64,000 nt of DNA from NCBI RefSeq assembly GCF_001194135.2, contig NC_068993.1, forward strand, positions 19,526,207-19,590,206, given 5' to 3'. The translations under genes were made by a program, and so were the position numbers. The notes under the pieces were generated by a model. That model did not search any database. It saw only the letters and a program-made list of their open reading frames with translations, and was not told where the DNA came from. The stretch's first letter is position 1, and each line of letters opens with the position of its first letter. Positions 25,225 to 38,200 of the stretch are shown here, piece by piece. This DNA comes from Octopus bimaculoides (taxonomy: Eukaryota).

Positions 25225-26485
25225 TCTGGCTGAATAAAAAGTAAGCAACGTTTTGAAACATGAAATTCATTGCAATATATTTCAACAATGCGGAAATTTT
25301 ATTCATCAAATAAGTACCATTAGAATCAACACATTTTTGCCAACGAGTTACAAGTTTGTTTATTCCGGTAACATAGAAATGTGGAGTTCTGGAGCTGATG
25401 AACTCGTTGAACGTACTTTCAGCATCGGTTTGACTTTTGAACTCCTCTCGCAGGAGGCAATCAAGGTGCTGGAAAAAGTGGTAGTCGCTAATAGAAAGGT
25501 CGGGGGAATAAACTGGGTGGGGAAGAACTTCGTAGCCAAGATCCCTCAACTTCTGGAGCGTCATTTATGAAACGTATGGTCGTTAGTTGTTAGGAAGAAT
25601 GATTGGCCCTCTTCTGTTGACCAGTCTGGGACGGAGGAGTAGCAGTTTTTCGTTCATTTTGGCAATTTCATGGCAGTATTTCTGCAGTGATGGTTTTCCG
25701 GGTTTTAAGAAGTTATAATGGATGAGTCCAGCAGTACACTATCAAAGAGTCACCATAACGTTCTTTTTGAAGAGCTCGGGTTTAGGGAAGGTTTTAAGTG
25801 CTTCATTTTGGTTCAACCACTGCGAAGAACGTTTTTTATTATTATTGTACAGAATCTACATTTCCTCACAAGTTACAATACGGTTGAAAAATGGAGATGC
25901 GACTAGCAAATTTCATATCTTCGCATTTTCTGATTTTCATTTAAATCGTGTGTTACCCATTTGTCAAGCTTTTTTGATTTTTCGATTGCATGCAAATGGT
26001 TGCAGGTAGTTTTCTGTCTAACTTGAAGTTCTTTTGTCAGTTCTCGAGTGGTTTGACGTGTATCTTTTTCAATGAAGGTCTTTAATTGACCGTCATCGAT
26101 GACAGATAGGCGTCCACTACGCTCACGATCATCAAGACTCAAGTCTCCACTGCGAATTCGTTTAAACCCTTTTCGAGCTGACCACTCACTGGTCATTTCC
26201 TCACCAAACGTTTCGTTGATATGGTGAGCAGTTTCAGCTGCTTTACGTCCTTTTTTGAAGTTGCATAGGAAAATGGCTCGAATATCGCGCTTTGACATTT
26301 CCGTTTCAGATGGTTGTAGCAACGGTGAAAAAAAAATCAATGTTTATTTATTGATGCATTTGGGCAGGTTTATGTCTGTATTATCAGAGAATTGCAAAAA
26401 ATGTTTCTAAAAATTCAAAACTCTGCAAAAATCCGGTACAAATTCTTCATAGTTCAAAACGTTGCTTACTTTTTACTCAACCTGA
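25225..26485 (-). mobile_element. Full-length inactive mariner transposon, Hsmar1-like (cecropia-type)
   Basis: 33-bp TIRs at 25225-25257 and 26453-26485 (3 mismatches), with TA on both sides. The transposase reads MSKRDIRAIFLCNFKKGRKAAETA...KKLDKWVTHDLNENQK...RIVTCEE...YSPDLSISDYHFF...RWQKCVDSNGTY and is broken by stops and frameshifts. Confidence 0.97.
25240..26295 (-). pseudogene. Mariner transposase pseudogene
   Basis: The WVPHEL and YSPDL homologues are present. The first catalytic D reads E (TCEE), the second reads N (LPNN), and there are several in-frame stops. Confidence 0.92.
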
Positions 26486-27789
26486 TAGCTCAACAGGTTT
26501 ATTCCAATTCTTAAATTAAAACTTCGAGCCTTATCTACGGTAGATTGTGGTACCTACTGCCAACAGTAGCATTTCCATACTCACCATGTAAACTTTAGTT
26601 AACTTTTACATTTTGCTTGTCAACAAATTCGATTTTTTTCTCATAGGTTGAACAGGATTATATTACATTTGAAGGTTTTTTTTAATGTTGTTATTAGCAG
26701 GAGTAATTGAGTTTTGATGTCGAACTGAATATGTTGTTTTCTTTAAATCAACTTTTCTGCAGTATTCCAGTGTAGCAGATTGAATCTCTGTCGCATATCC
26801 TTTTGTTTAGGAAGATTTTCACTTCTTGTTACTGACATGGTTCATTGAAACGTTGATATATATTATATTTTGCTATTTCGTTTGTATATGGCTGGCACTT
26901 GTATTCAAATCTACAATGCTGTGTTAATATACACACTGCTAGTGACGTAGTCCTTTAAGCGGACAAATGTGTTTTTTTTCCTTCATGATTTCAGCTTGTT
27001 CATTTCCTTTATATTGTTAGAAACACTAGGATAAACATCTCTGAAAAGTTTGTGTCAAAAGGTTTGAATTTAGATTTATGCGGAGGTGGACATTTTCAAA
27101 CGCCGAATTCATATTTCCTCCTCTTAGGTGGAAGCACTTTTGTAGCTACAAATGTAGTTTAGAACTAAATCGGCATTGAACTTTGTCTCAAATTTTCCTG
27201 TTAATATAACTGTTGTGACTCGTCTTCTGCTTTTTTGAGCTTTAACTCAATATTTTGTTGAGAATGCCGTTTTGACCTAATTCAAAATGGGTTCTATATG
27301 TGACTCTTCCGGCTTTTGTTTGATCATGTATCTCTGCTACATTAGTTGGTAATTCCTCCTTTATTTAAAAGACAGGTGTAAATTGAGGGTTATTTCGATG
27401 ATATTTCTACTAAATCGAGTGATGACGTAGGAGACTCACTTGTCAGTTTCTGACCTCGTAAGTTATACCTAATTAATTCTGATTTAATTTCCGTGTTGTA
27501 TTATATTACCATCGCTAGTTTGTGATAGGAAATAATGCATTTTATAACCTACTGCACAGGTTTCATATTCGAGTAACCTTTTATTTTTCTCTGACTCTAT
27601 GTTTTTTTCTTTCTCGTCATGCAAAATTTACTCTGTGTAGTTTATTTATCAGCTTCATCCATTACGTTTAAAATTTTATTTCATTTTAAATTTCATGTAC
27701 TAAATTAGTTGAATGCATTTTATAATCTAGCGTTTTTGTTTTTGACTAGCATTCCTTTGTCTTGTGCTTCATTCATGCAAGTTATTCTA

Positions 27790-28190
27790 AAGGTCATTCT
27801 GAAAGGGTGTGGAACAAAGACCTGTCGGCAATCATGACTAACATCGATTTCAAGGAGGCATCTCATACAACTAACCAAGAAAAACCGTCGTGTTTTGAAG
27901 CGTGTGGCATTCATTAGGAGTTAGAACAAGCTTTCAGCAGCTTATACAGGAACACTCGATGCAAAGTCATCTCATTTTACATGAGACAGACAATGCCAAC
28001 ATCAAAACCGATGTGATTATAAGTACATTATCATTCCTTGCCTCATTTGAACTCGATTATGTGCTGAGTAAGTCCATCATTGGTTGTGAGGTCTGGTTCA
28101 TTTTGGGCACCAGAAAAAAAATCTTCGTGTGCCAAATGTTACAAATGCTGAACTTGATATTGAACTCAATATCTCGCTCGTGATAAGTAA
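27790..28190 (+). mobile_element. Decayed RTE-clade reverse transcriptase fragment
   Basis: Translates NKDLSAIMTNIDFKEA...ACGIH*ELEQAFSSLYRNTRCKVIS, then after a frameshift ETDNANIKTDVI...ELDYVLSKSI. This resembles IDFKKAFDS...YGIP..AI..LY..T...GETD.F.I..GV...LDYVL. Confidence 0.65.
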
Positions 28191-28631
28191 TGTTTTTAAA
28201 CACAAAAGATCTTTAAAGGGAACTCCAATGGACGAAGTAACACAGTTTTACAGCTTTTCCTAAAGCACATACAATAAGCATGTGTTGATGATGTTTGCAT
28301 TATTAAGCTCCTTCGAACACAAAATTTTAATTTTATTTTCCTTGTGCAACACATATCCGCATACGCAAACAGTATTTTATGCTATTTGTGTAACTACCTG
28401 TAGCAGGCCAATACAGGGGGTTTCGGAGGTGGAAGAGTAACATTGAGAGCGGAAATGATAGTAAAATATTGATATCTATCACTGTCTTTCACTTTCGGGG
28501 CGATTTCATTTCGCCTAAGTGTGAGGTATGCTAATTTTTTAAAAATAATACGTTTTTAAACGGGTCTCGCCTGAATGAAGTACAGCAACTTTACTATCTT
28601 TACTAATGCACAGACGTTGTCTATGTGTATG

Positions 28632-28663
<32 letters not shown>

Positions 28664-28724
28664 TGCATGTATGTATGTATGTATGTATGTATTATGTTTG
28701 CATGCATATATTCCATTACTTTTT

Positions 28725-28783
28725 TATTCTTTTACTCGTTTCAGTCACTTGACTGCGGCCATGCTGGAGCACCGCCTTAAGGT
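28725..28783 (-). mobile_element. 3'-tail fragment of SINE family B
   Basis: tttactcgtttcagtcacttgactgcggccatgctggagcaccgccttaagg. Confidence 0.8.
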
Positions 28784-30124
28784 ATTTACGTTCTTATTGT
28801 TTCTCTATTTAAGCATTTTGAACAAAGGATGCTGCTGGCAAAACGTGGAATTCTTTAAATTACTGCATTTAAAAATGAACAACGATATATTCCAAGATTC
28901 TTTTATTTTACTTTGTTATTGACCTGTTCTTTCGTATTTGTCATGTGAACCAAATACTGGAAGAATTGTCGAAGGAAATCTTTCATGAGATAAGTAGTAC
29001 GCAGAAACGCATTCAAATAACAAACCTATGGGTGGTTTGTGTCTCCTGTGGTCTCCTGACTTGTCAGAAATATCAGCAAAATCTCCTTCGAATCATCCCG
29101 TATTGTCTTGTACAAGCAAAGTTGGAACAGGTAGTCTAATCTTGGGCAACATTATGAATGAAAAATAAAAACAAATACAACATGGTCATTGTTGATCACA
29201 AATCTGTTCGATCAGGGCTGAGGCATAGCAAAAACTAAATAAATACAAAGAATTACCGCAGCAGTAACAACAATAACAACCTCAATAGCAAAGATGTACA
29301 TAACCCCACAGCAAAGTTACGTGTTGATTGCTAAAAGAATTGTACAACGTATACAGTTTAAATTCATTTAAACATGACCTTGTACCTAATCCAGAAAACA
29401 TATCAATATTTTCTACTTCCTAAAAACATTTATTGCCATGTTTACAATACGGTTATTTTTCGGCGTATATATCTATCTCATCAAGTAATATCACGACTCA
29501 CTTCGCTGCAGTTAAAGCAAAGCTTTTTAAAAACTTGATTTGTTTCGTAAACATTAAAGTTATCTCAATTGATATGTTTAAGCGATTTCACAGTAGTGTA
29601 ATTTTTATGGATTTTTATCGTTTGTTTTGCTTTGATTGAAGCATAAAAAAGCGATAATTTTTACATCAGTGAAATATTTAAAGCGAAAAAAAACGTAGAA
29701 AAAAAATTATTCTTTTCAGTTATCTGGTCGCATGATATAGAATATTAAAAATAGTAACGTATTAAATATATTAGAAAACATTAGCATTTAATGAGGACAA
29801 ACCAATGTGTGTTGTGATACTTAAGAGGGGTACCACAAATGGTGTGTTACTAACTCGCCAGACTAGTGTTTACTCAACTAAGTGTCTTTCATTTTATCCG
29901 AACTCCATTGGTTGCAATTATTACAGAACCAACTACCATGCCAGGAATTATACCTCGACTAGACACCAAACTATCAGAAGCAATATAGCAACACTACAAA
30001 CTAAACAAATGTATCAAAATAATAGCTTTCCTAAATATATATTTTCAGTTCGGGAAAATTTATATTCATCGAGATGTGATCAAATAATAATCCTGTTTCG
30101 TTTAGACACAATGACAGCAATTTC

Positions 30125-30525
30125 TAGTGGGAAAGATTAATCGGTAGCACTTCACTGGTACTTTATTTTATCGATTTGGGGGAGGATGAAACACAAAGGC
30201 ATGCTCGGCGCGATTTGAACTCAGATTCTGAAGACTCGAGACCAATATAGCAAATCAGTTTTGCCATTTTTGTAACAAGTTTGCTAATTCACCGAGTAAA
30301 AGAAATCAACACTTTTTACTATATATGTTTGAAATTTCTTTTGTTAGGTGGTCGGTCGATTACAAAGAATCCAGTTCTCAACTGGTACTTATTTTATCGA
30401 ACCCCGAAACGATAAAAGCAAAGCCGACCTCAGAGGAATTCAAACTCAAAACGTAAAGACCGACGGAAATGTCGCTATGCATTTTGTCTGGCGTGCTGCC
30501 GATTCTGCCAGCTAGTCGCCTTCGA
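30125..30525 (-). mobile_element. Two decayed SINE family A copies
   Basis: ggtactttattttatcg...tttgaactcaga (30157-30230) and actggtacttattttatcg...gtcgccttc (30380-30523). Confidence 0.8.
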
Positions 30526-32009
30526 TAAAGCAATGATAACGACAATAGGCCAAACAAATATAACTAAAACATTACTGTATCTATATGAATCGTTGCTTAT
30601 GGTGTTATCGACTATCTTACTGCGCAGTTGGTGCGAGAAATGCAAAGTTTTATTTGTGAAGCACGACAGGACAGGAAAGTAACATACATTATTATTTTAG
30701 TGAATGATACTTTTTATTCTCTGAAGTTCATAATTATAGCTATAGCAATGCGATTATATTGTTGCAATAATACGACTGTCACATAAATGAATGACCCAAG
30801 AAAATTTCTCTCAGTTGCCTTCTGCATGAAGACCTTTGAGCTAAGTGGAATTAACATACTTAATGTAGTCAGTAAGCTCCTTAAAAATATTTTTAATTAA
30901 CTAAAGTTACACCCGTATTTAAAGATACAAGTATTAACTTTAGAGATAATTGCTGTCAAGAAAAGCAAGGGAGTTAACTCTAAAATTCAAATTAATTCAA
31001 TGTGTGCATGGCGTACTGAGGGAGCGAGTCTGATCTTTGGCAAGTACGGTAATGACCTCGGATATTTAACGTCTTATTAGTATCTTATTATTTTTCTGTG
31101 AAAGCTATTCTAACCTGTACGAAACCATACCGATGAGGAAAAGAAAAATCACAGCTCTTATCCTGAAAAGCAGTAAATCCGTACGGATTTCATGCAACCG
31201 GGTGAGAAACAATATTTCCGAGAACTCTAGTCTATTAAATGACACTAATTACTATTTTATCGATGGATCTCATTTTCTACTCGAATTCCAAAACTCAAGT
31301 TAGCTATGACAAGATATTAATTAAAATCAGTAATTTGACAAATTATATACATAATTAATTTAATTGGATGCTTTATCACTATCGTCATCAAAAGAGAAAA
31401 ATAATTCTGAATAAAATCAAGTGAAATATTGAAAGTCTATAATCTCAACAATATAAATATTGTTATATTTGTAAATATTAGTTGAGGACATCATTCCATT
31501 GAAGTTTTTCCAAATCACTAAGGTTTAATGCCCCCCACCATACATACCACTTTACGGACAATATATTCACGTCTTTGTTTACATGTGGGATTTGTTAACT
31601 CATGAGATAAAAGATTTTGGATCCAACTGATACTTTGAGCATACTACACTTGAAACACGAGTAGAACACATAGCTTAATTTAGCAGTCATCATCGTACCC
31701 GCTCTTATTAACACAGCATTGTATCATTATTATTTATGATAAAAAAAAAACTCATAGGTAGTAATAGTAAAATAAACCATAGGTAGTAATAATTTGTACT
31801 TCATTCAGAAGCAAATTTTAGACTACGAAAAGTATTGCCGTGAATTAGCGTTTATGATAATTTGAAGATATCAAATACTGTTAATCACAAACTGACGAAA
31901 TAGTTCTGTTAATTTTGTTAAAAATTATTTCAAATACACCAATGAAAATCTTTTATCGCTAAATTTAATAACAGCAGGTGTTTACCTCCATTTACATGAT
32001 TTTATCCCA

Positions 32010-32510
32010 TATCTTTTACTTGTTTCATTCATTTGACTACGGCCATGCTGGGGCACCGCCTTGAAGAATTTTTTGTTGAATGAATCGACCCAGCGACTTA
32101 TATTATATCTTGGTTTATCTGTATCTTAGTTTATATATGAACCAAACCATCATAAATACTTATGATTAGGCAAAAAAAAAGAATATATTTATCTACCTAT
32201 AACATTTTGTCATCAAAACGTACTAAACCGTTCAATGTATTGTATACTCTACGGCTCAAGTTTCTTCGAAGTTACAGGCTCGTAAGACCCCTAACGCTAG
32301 TTATCAAGCAGTGGTGGAGGACAAACACAGGCACAAAGACACACACGTAGATACACACACACACACACGTACACACACACACACACATGTGCATATGTAT
32401 ACATATATGTGTGGTGGAGGACAAACACAGGTACAAAGACACACACGTACACATACACACATGTGTATATGTATACATACATGTGTGCGTGTTTGTGTGT
32501 GTATCATTGC
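32010..32510 (-). mobile_element. SINE family B copy interrupted by ~150 bp of foreign sequence, with an internal tandem duplication
   Basis: The tail runs 32010-32100 and the SINE resumes at ~32265. The unit gtggtggaggacaaacacagg(c/t)acaaagacacacacg occurs at 32311 and ~32409. Confidence 0.8.
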
Positions 32511-32519
32511 ATATATTCT

Positions 32520-32945
32520 TTCATTCTTTTACTTGTTTCAGTCATTTGACGGCAGCTCTTGTAGGGTTTTAGCCGAATAGGCCCCAGGACTTATTTCTTA
32601 AGCTTAGTACGTATTCTATCGGTCCCTTTTGCCGAATCGTTGTGTTACGGTGAGGTAAACATACCATCATCGGTTGTCAAGCGATGATGGGGTGGTGGTG
32701 CAAAAACAGGCCCAAAAACACACACACACATAGATATATACATATCCATGTGGTTGGGAAGCGAGCTTCTTACCATACAGCCACGCACCACGGCTTTTTC
32801 CTGTTTCCATCTACCAAATCCACTCACAAGCATTTGATCGGCTCAAAGCTATAGTAGAAGACACTTGCCCAAGGTGCCACACAGTGGGACTGAACCCGGA
32901 ACCATGTGGTTAGGGAGTAAGCGTTTCACCACACATCCACGCAGA
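32520..32945 (-). mobile_element. SINE family B copy
   Basis: The tRNA-like head is at the right end (cacttgcccaaggtgccacacagtgggactgaacccggaaccatgtgg). An extra head fragment lies at 32746-32787. Confidence 0.85.
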
Positions 32946-33099
32946 TGTTATTAATATTCATCATCCATTCTCTCTTTTTGATGAATGTCACGTAGTTTTA
33001 GTTTTGACAAGATATTTCTATATGGCCACTAAATTCCCAAGAAATATCATGCCTTGGTTAATCTTTTCGCAAAACGAAATTAAATGCCTCAAATATAAT

Positions 33100-33470
33100 G
33101 GTCTAAGAAGCCTTACCCGTATTTACTACCGAATGGATATTGAATATGCAAACAATATCCATACAACTACATAATGAAAATTTGGTTACCAGTCAGAACG
33201 TAATGAAGTATAATAACTATATGGCAGTCTGGTGAATTTCGTTTACATTTATGAGGATATAAGTTCAATTCTACTGCATACAGCTTGATATGTCTTTGAG
33301 CGGAAAGTTTAACTACATGTCTAAATTCCCTATAAAGAAGGCAAATACATACTAGAATATTCTACCGGTAACTGGTTGATGTTCTACTTTTTGCAGAAAA
33401 GGGTTTATCGCTCATCTGCTTAATGCCGTCAAACTTGATGTGCTCACTCCACTCATGGTTTCCCTGTGGA
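33100..33470 (+). mobile_element. Possible decayed RTE-type RT fragment
   Basis: DIEYANNI at ~33135 resembles the DL.YADDI catalytic motif. The downstream similarity is weak. Confidence 0.35.
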
Positions 33471-36400
33471 CTATAACATATTTATCTTGCCATCATTTGT
33501 TATTGATTGATTTTCTTATTTATGACTTAAATATAAAATAATAAATCTTGGTTTATTTGTATCTTAGTTTATATATGAACCAAACCATCATCAATACTTA
33601 TTATGTTTAGATAAAAAAAATCCTTTATCTTTGGTCATCAAAACGTACTAAACTGATCAATATGTTGTATGCCGTACGGCTCAACAACAGACCATGTAAT
33701 ATAAAGATATACAACTATTTCTCTTATTGATTTTCTGGAGAAGACCAAGATACAAAGAGAGATATAGTGTTAACAAAAGATTACTGCTCCGACAAGTGTG
33801 AATGCATTTAATTATATTTGATCAAATGCAGTGAGTTATAGAGGTCAATTTATTAAATTCTGTGAGGAAATCACAGCTGGTCCATTTTCTAATTTTCCCT
33901 TGAGATTTCATTGAATCTTTTACAAAATGCATGTCATATGTTAAAGCGAAAATAAGTGAAATTTCAATACATTGTCTTTCAAACTGTAAAATGTTTAAAA
34001 AGCATGATGTACATAGAAGAAAGCAATTGCTCGTGTACATTCAAACGTCCATACGCTCGCAGATAAACGTAAACGTATTTTAAATAATATATTTACTCAC
34101 ATTTACTATATGCGTGTGTGTGTGTTTGTGTGAGTGTGTACTGTAACTGGATAGCATACGTCAAATACAATGAAATATCTTTATACAGTCTTAAAGAAAT
34201 TGAATCAAGTTTCGCGTTACGAACCTCTTGGAAACATCACCTTAATCCATTCATTCATCAAATATTTTTAGATGTGTCTGTTCTCAAGTGTGTTCTGTAA
34301 AGAATATCGGGTGTGTAATGCAAAGTATACATCTGCCGGTTTGTTATCAGTGTTATGCGACTTAGATTTTATATTTGCGTGTGGCAGTTATGCATGTGAT
34401 GCTCTTAATTATTATGATGTGCCGTTCAGCAGGTATGCCAGGGAACACTCGCACGATGTTGTACTGACTAAAAAGAACCTTGTGACAACTTTTGAAGTTC
34501 ATCAAGTCACGAGCTTTCTCTCTTGCTTCGATATGAGACTTTTTAAACGTGTGGATATATGGACCGCTTCAGTCTAACACCTTGCATTTCATGCTTATGC
34601 AGCTTTAGTTTGTCTATTATCTTATGTAGTTGCATCCCTCTCATCAATATATCTGAAAGACCTGTTTTCGTGACGTCATGTTGCTTTCACCTGCCTTCAA
34701 ACATACCAATGCAGTAACACCGCTCAGGGTTCTTCAAGTAGCATGTGACTTTTAGCATAAAATTTCCTTCATGTTTTAGTCGTTTATCATTTCTTTATAT
34801 TTCTTCATACATTATCACTAGCTTATGATGGTAACCAATAATTTGCATGTATGCAAGCTTCATAAATTAAAAAAATTAGCCGCATACGAATCAGTGACAA
34901 GAAACAAATAGTTTATGCAGATTCATCTTTAAATAAACAGTATTCCTCTATACCGAACAGCATTCACTATTTTAGCTTAATTGAAACGCGTACCCAGGAG
35001 AAATCCCCACCTTCTGTATGTATATGCATTTGCAGTAAAATGAAATGTCTTGGCAAAATAAAGCCTTCTTTATACTGAAGACGAAAAAGAAACCTTCGAA
35101 ATCTCATTCTAATTTTGGCCCATTAATACTTTCAAAATGAATTTTGTATCGTTCATAAAATTATCTTAGCAACAGCAAGCACTGACAAAGTTGTTTACGA
35201 ATTTTGATATGTACCGTAATTTTTTTTCCTGAAATTTACGCTTACATTTTTACCACGATAAAACAGCAAGCAGTTGATTTTAGATACTATTTCAGAACAT
35301 TATGACTCAATAAAAACAAGAATACACATGGTATGTAGTTTTAATTTACTTATTTCATAAAATGGTCTTTTATCAAATTTTTTTGCAGTTATAGATTTTA
35401 AAAAATATATTTGTAAAACAATTCCCAAATGCAGTCAGCAAATATGCTCTCGGCTAGGTAAAGTTTAACTCCAAAGGTGAAATGCATCGCAGTTAAATTT
35501 ATGTCAAATTGGCTGACTGTGGAAGAGTCTAGTTATTCGTTTGTAAGGAAAGGAAGTGATGCATAGTTAATGCACTAGGAAAACAAGGAAATTACTTCAT
35601 TTAGCAAAATCCGAAGTGTATATAAATGGTTTATTGTCTTTATTGACTTCCGGAGTAAAATTATTTTTTTGGTTTTCCAATGGATATTACATTAGTCATT
35701 TACGAAGTTCCTATAAAAAATTGAACGAGCTTTAAAGACGTGGTTTTTAAGGAACTTACAACTTAATGTCATATATTTATTCCACATATTTGTGCGATGA
35801 AACCTTGGAAGTTTTAAGGACTTAAGTGATTTTTTTACATGAATTCTTGTCAGATTTAGGTTGGAGCACACACAAACACTCACATGCACACAGATGTACA
35901 TCCATATACGTACACACAGAAATACACTCACACATGCACACACATGCACACACACACACAGATAAACACACACACACACACAGATAAACACATATACATA
36001 TATATTTAGAATTTTTTGTATAACGCTATTTACTTCTACGTAATGTCTATTATAAATAGCTTGACACAACCAGTAGAGGCAAGTAAAAGAAATACTCACA
36101 TAATGAGAAGAGAAGAAAGCAAAAGAAAGCATTTTAAATGAAAAGAAAGTGTTTTTTTAAAAAGACACGTTCGTTCTACCTTCAGCAACAACACAAATTC
36201 CGTATTTATTCAGATTAAAGGTAAATTTGGTCTAGTTTATCTGTGAGGTAAAATTTACCTTTAATCTTTTCGGGGTTCATAAAGAAACATTCTAATACAA
36301 GGCGGTGTTTTAACAGAACTATATCCGATCAAAGGCTTCACGATATATATTTAGGTGTTTTTCATTCCGAGTTGAAAATCTGCCATAGCCTACATGAGTG

Positions 36401-36732
36401 GTATACTCAGTCTTCGCACGGTTTAACACCAACATTTGGCACCTCTGTGCCTTTAGCGGAGCGTACACTGTTGAAAGCATTCAGTTCAGGTTTTCGATTT
36501 GACGATATTTTTCTCCGTCTTTGTCACCAGTCTTGGAGGCTCTGAAACTGATCGCGGAAACGTTTTTATCGTGACAAAAGAAAAAAGATAAAATATTCCA
36601 CAGTTACCACCAGAAATAATGTACAAATTCCAAGATAAAGTTGTAGAAAGGACAGAAATGAAATGAGCTTGACAGAAGGCAAATTCAATGTCTGATTGAA
36701 AGAAAATATATCCCAGACTGTAATCGAACAAG

Positions 36733-36900
36733 AAAGAACGACTCAACAGTTGAGAGAGAGAGAGGGGTAGGAGAGAGAGAGGGGGGAAGGAGAGAGAGAG
36801 GGGGAAGGAGAGAGAGAGAGAGAGGGGAGAGGAGAAAGAGAGGGGGAGGAGAGAGAGAGGGGGAGGAGAGAAAGAGTAGGAGAAAGAGAGGAAGAGAGTA
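36733..36900 (+). repeat. Polypurine (GA)n/G-run tract
   Basis: About 165 nt of almost only A and G. Confidence 0.9.
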
Positions 36901-37408
36901 AAATAACTGATCGAAAAGAAAAGTAAGCAAGCGAAAATAGAAAATATGCGCACTATGGACTATAAAAATAAGTTGTCAACAATTGACATTTATATATCGT
37001 TAGATACAGTGATCGGAAGTATTAATGTCAGTTCGGAGACGCATGATGCTGATTCTGATACTTAGAAATAATACATTACAAACAAATATATTGCTATACA
37101 TTTATCTGTATGAAACCGAGCGCGCGTCTGCGTGAGTGTGGTGGGCGCGCGTGTGCGTGCGTGCTTGTATGTGAGTGTGTGAGTTAGACATATTTGTTGA
37201 CTACAACACATTCCGACCGACCTGAAAGTAGGCATAATGGCCCTAAGTGCCCGATAAATAATAAGCAATAATTTAAGTTATTTACAATTATGGCATTAGT
37301 CTGCATTATAGAAATTGAAAAATCACCGTAAGCAGACATATGTGAATATTTGTGTATGCGTCTGTGAATATATTCATACATACATATATTTATATACATA
37401 ATTGTATG

Positions 37409-37441
<33 letters not shown>

Positions 37442-37549
37442 ATGTGTATGTGTCAACACACACATACGTTTACATACGCACTTTCCATTATCAGTTTTCT
37501 TCATGTTTAATTTGGAATAATAGCACTTATAATTCCATTAAAGCATTAG

Positions 37550-37582
<33 letters not shown>

Positions 37583-38158
37583 AAATGGGACAAGAACGCA
37601 AAACATCCAGCATCCTGACAGATATATATATATATATATATGTGTGTGTATGTATATATATATATATGCATATACATATGGATATATTCACGCAAACACT
37701 TACTCATATGCAGGCACACAGACGCACTGATGAAAGATATACTTTGTAACTAGTTACTAATTGATTGCTTTTATTTGATGCCTTGATGCAACTAAAACTT
37801 GAAACTGAGGACACACAACCGAATAATATTACAGCGTACTGCCTCAGTTATCAGAATTGCTCTCTTAATATGCAAAACGTATTTGTAAAAATATAATCGT
37901 ACACTGAATAAAAATACAAGCAGATAGCAAAAGATTGAAGTCGGTGCATAACAAAATAATGAAAAGAATAAAATGAATAAAAGAAGTACACTGTTGCACG
38001 AACATTATAAATAACTTTCAATAAATGGCATTTTATCTTACGAAGGTAAGTAACATGTCTGTCAATTGATAAGAAACCATTTCCCTTGTCACAGGACAAG
38101 AAATCTCCTGTCATACCCACTAAAGAATACATAGATGTGCTCTGATATGACAGTTTCT

Positions 38159-38200
<42 letters not shown>

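Noticed and set aside
26560-27700. T-rich stretch suggestive of an antisense LINE remnant (also 34250-34760)
   Set aside because: No diagnostic motif could be read with confidence.
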